From: Candidatus Aenigmatarchaeota archaeon
GTDB taxonomy: Archaea; Aenigmatarchaeota; Aenigmatarchaeia; GW2011-AR5
Direction of reading: 5' to 3'
Length of the DNA stretch: 64,000 nucleotides
Assembly: GCA_016187335.1 (NCBI GenBank)
Contig: JACPJW010000001.1
Location: 608,001 to 672,000 of the forward strand
Shown: positions 63,499 to 64,000 of the stretch, piece by piece
Layout of the letters: each line of letters opens with the position of its first letter
How positions within the stretch are numbered: position 1 is the first letter of the stretch
Position numbers and translations under genes: made by a program
The notes under the pieces: generated by a model
Databases searched by the model: none
Told to the model about the DNA's origin: nothing
Seen by the model: only the letters and a program-made list of their open reading frames with translations

Positions 63499-64000
63499 TC
63501 AGAAAAGCTGGAAGCCTGCAATGGCCAGGACAGCAAGCAGAGACGGTATATGAATCATGTATATTGCCAGCGAGTTTCTTCCGAGGAAAGCAACAAAGGA
63601 AAGGAAGGGGTTTTTTGTCTCGCTTACCCTGAAATTCCTTTTCCCGTTTTTGTATAATGCCCCGCTGAAAGTTATGCCAATCAGAAAGAACCCGAACCAC
63701 GGCAGCATCGGGAAATAATCAAGCGTTGCGAAGTTATGCGGCTGCAGCCCGAGCCACAGCAGCCACGGGGAATCAAAGGAAAAGCTGCTTAGGTAAATGC
63801 CCGCAGCAATGAAGGCAAGACCCAAAAGGATGTTCCATTTTCCAAACCGAAGGAAGAAGGGGGATATGACAACAGAAATTCCTATCAGATGCAGGATTCC
63901 GAACCAGACAGTCTGGCCCGGGACAAAAATCCATGTAACAAGGGTTATCGCCATTCCGAGCAGGAAAATTTTCATGCCCCGCATCTCACCTCTATGATGA
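63499..64000 (-). CDS. DUF1624/HGSNAT-like acyltransferase membrane protein, possibly 5'-partial
   Basis: WFGILHLIG, DYFPMLPW, GRNSLAIYMIH; frame stays open to the window end. Confidence 0.8.
   Translation of the reverse strand, partial: HHRGEMRGMKIFLLGMAITLVTWIFVPGQTVWFGILHLIGISVVISPFFLRFGKWNILLGLAFIAAGIYLSSFSFDSPWLLWLGLQPHNFATLDYFPMLPWFGFFLIGITFSGALYKNGKRNFRVSETKNPFLSFVAFLGRNSLAIYMIHIPSLLAVLAIAGFQLF

Noticed and set aside
181-64000. Many long antisense or overlapping ORFs in the track (e.g. 5541-6359, 45722-46615, 38698-39423, 48015-48947)
   Set aside because: They are shadows of well-supported genes on the opposite strand, with no motifs or RBS

Overview
A 64-kb chromosomal segment from an archaeon, probably a DPANN lineage (inferred from the archaeal gltX, rpoE1-spt4-rps24e-rps27ae-kae1 genes, GAGGTGA RBSs and many small orphan genes). 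Housekeeping and metabolic content includes t6A genes (kae1, sua5), a K+-independent H+-PPase, AlaX, Ogg, and a B12-dependent ribonucleotide reductase with an intein, flanked by pduO and nrdR with NrdR boxes. There is also an arginine-catabolic cluster (arcC-arcE-arcB, class III aminotransferase, aldehyde dehydrogenase, gdh), pyrBI, merA and several thiol-redox genes. The most notable feature is an unannotated integron-like array at about 20.5-26.2 kb. It has a truncated tyrosine-recombinase gene, an attI-like site and five gene cassettes separated by attC-like hairpins. Each cassette gene has its own TATA box and is bracketed by a cassette-specific inverted repeat, an architecture I do not recognise from standard integrons. 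Other hidden features are a family of orphan IS200/IS605- or HEARO-like structured elements showing covariation, a dispersed palindromic repeat, and many micro-ORFs of 9-46 aa missed by the ORF track. No rRNA, tRNA or CRISPR array was found. All calls were made by eye and none was checked against a database.
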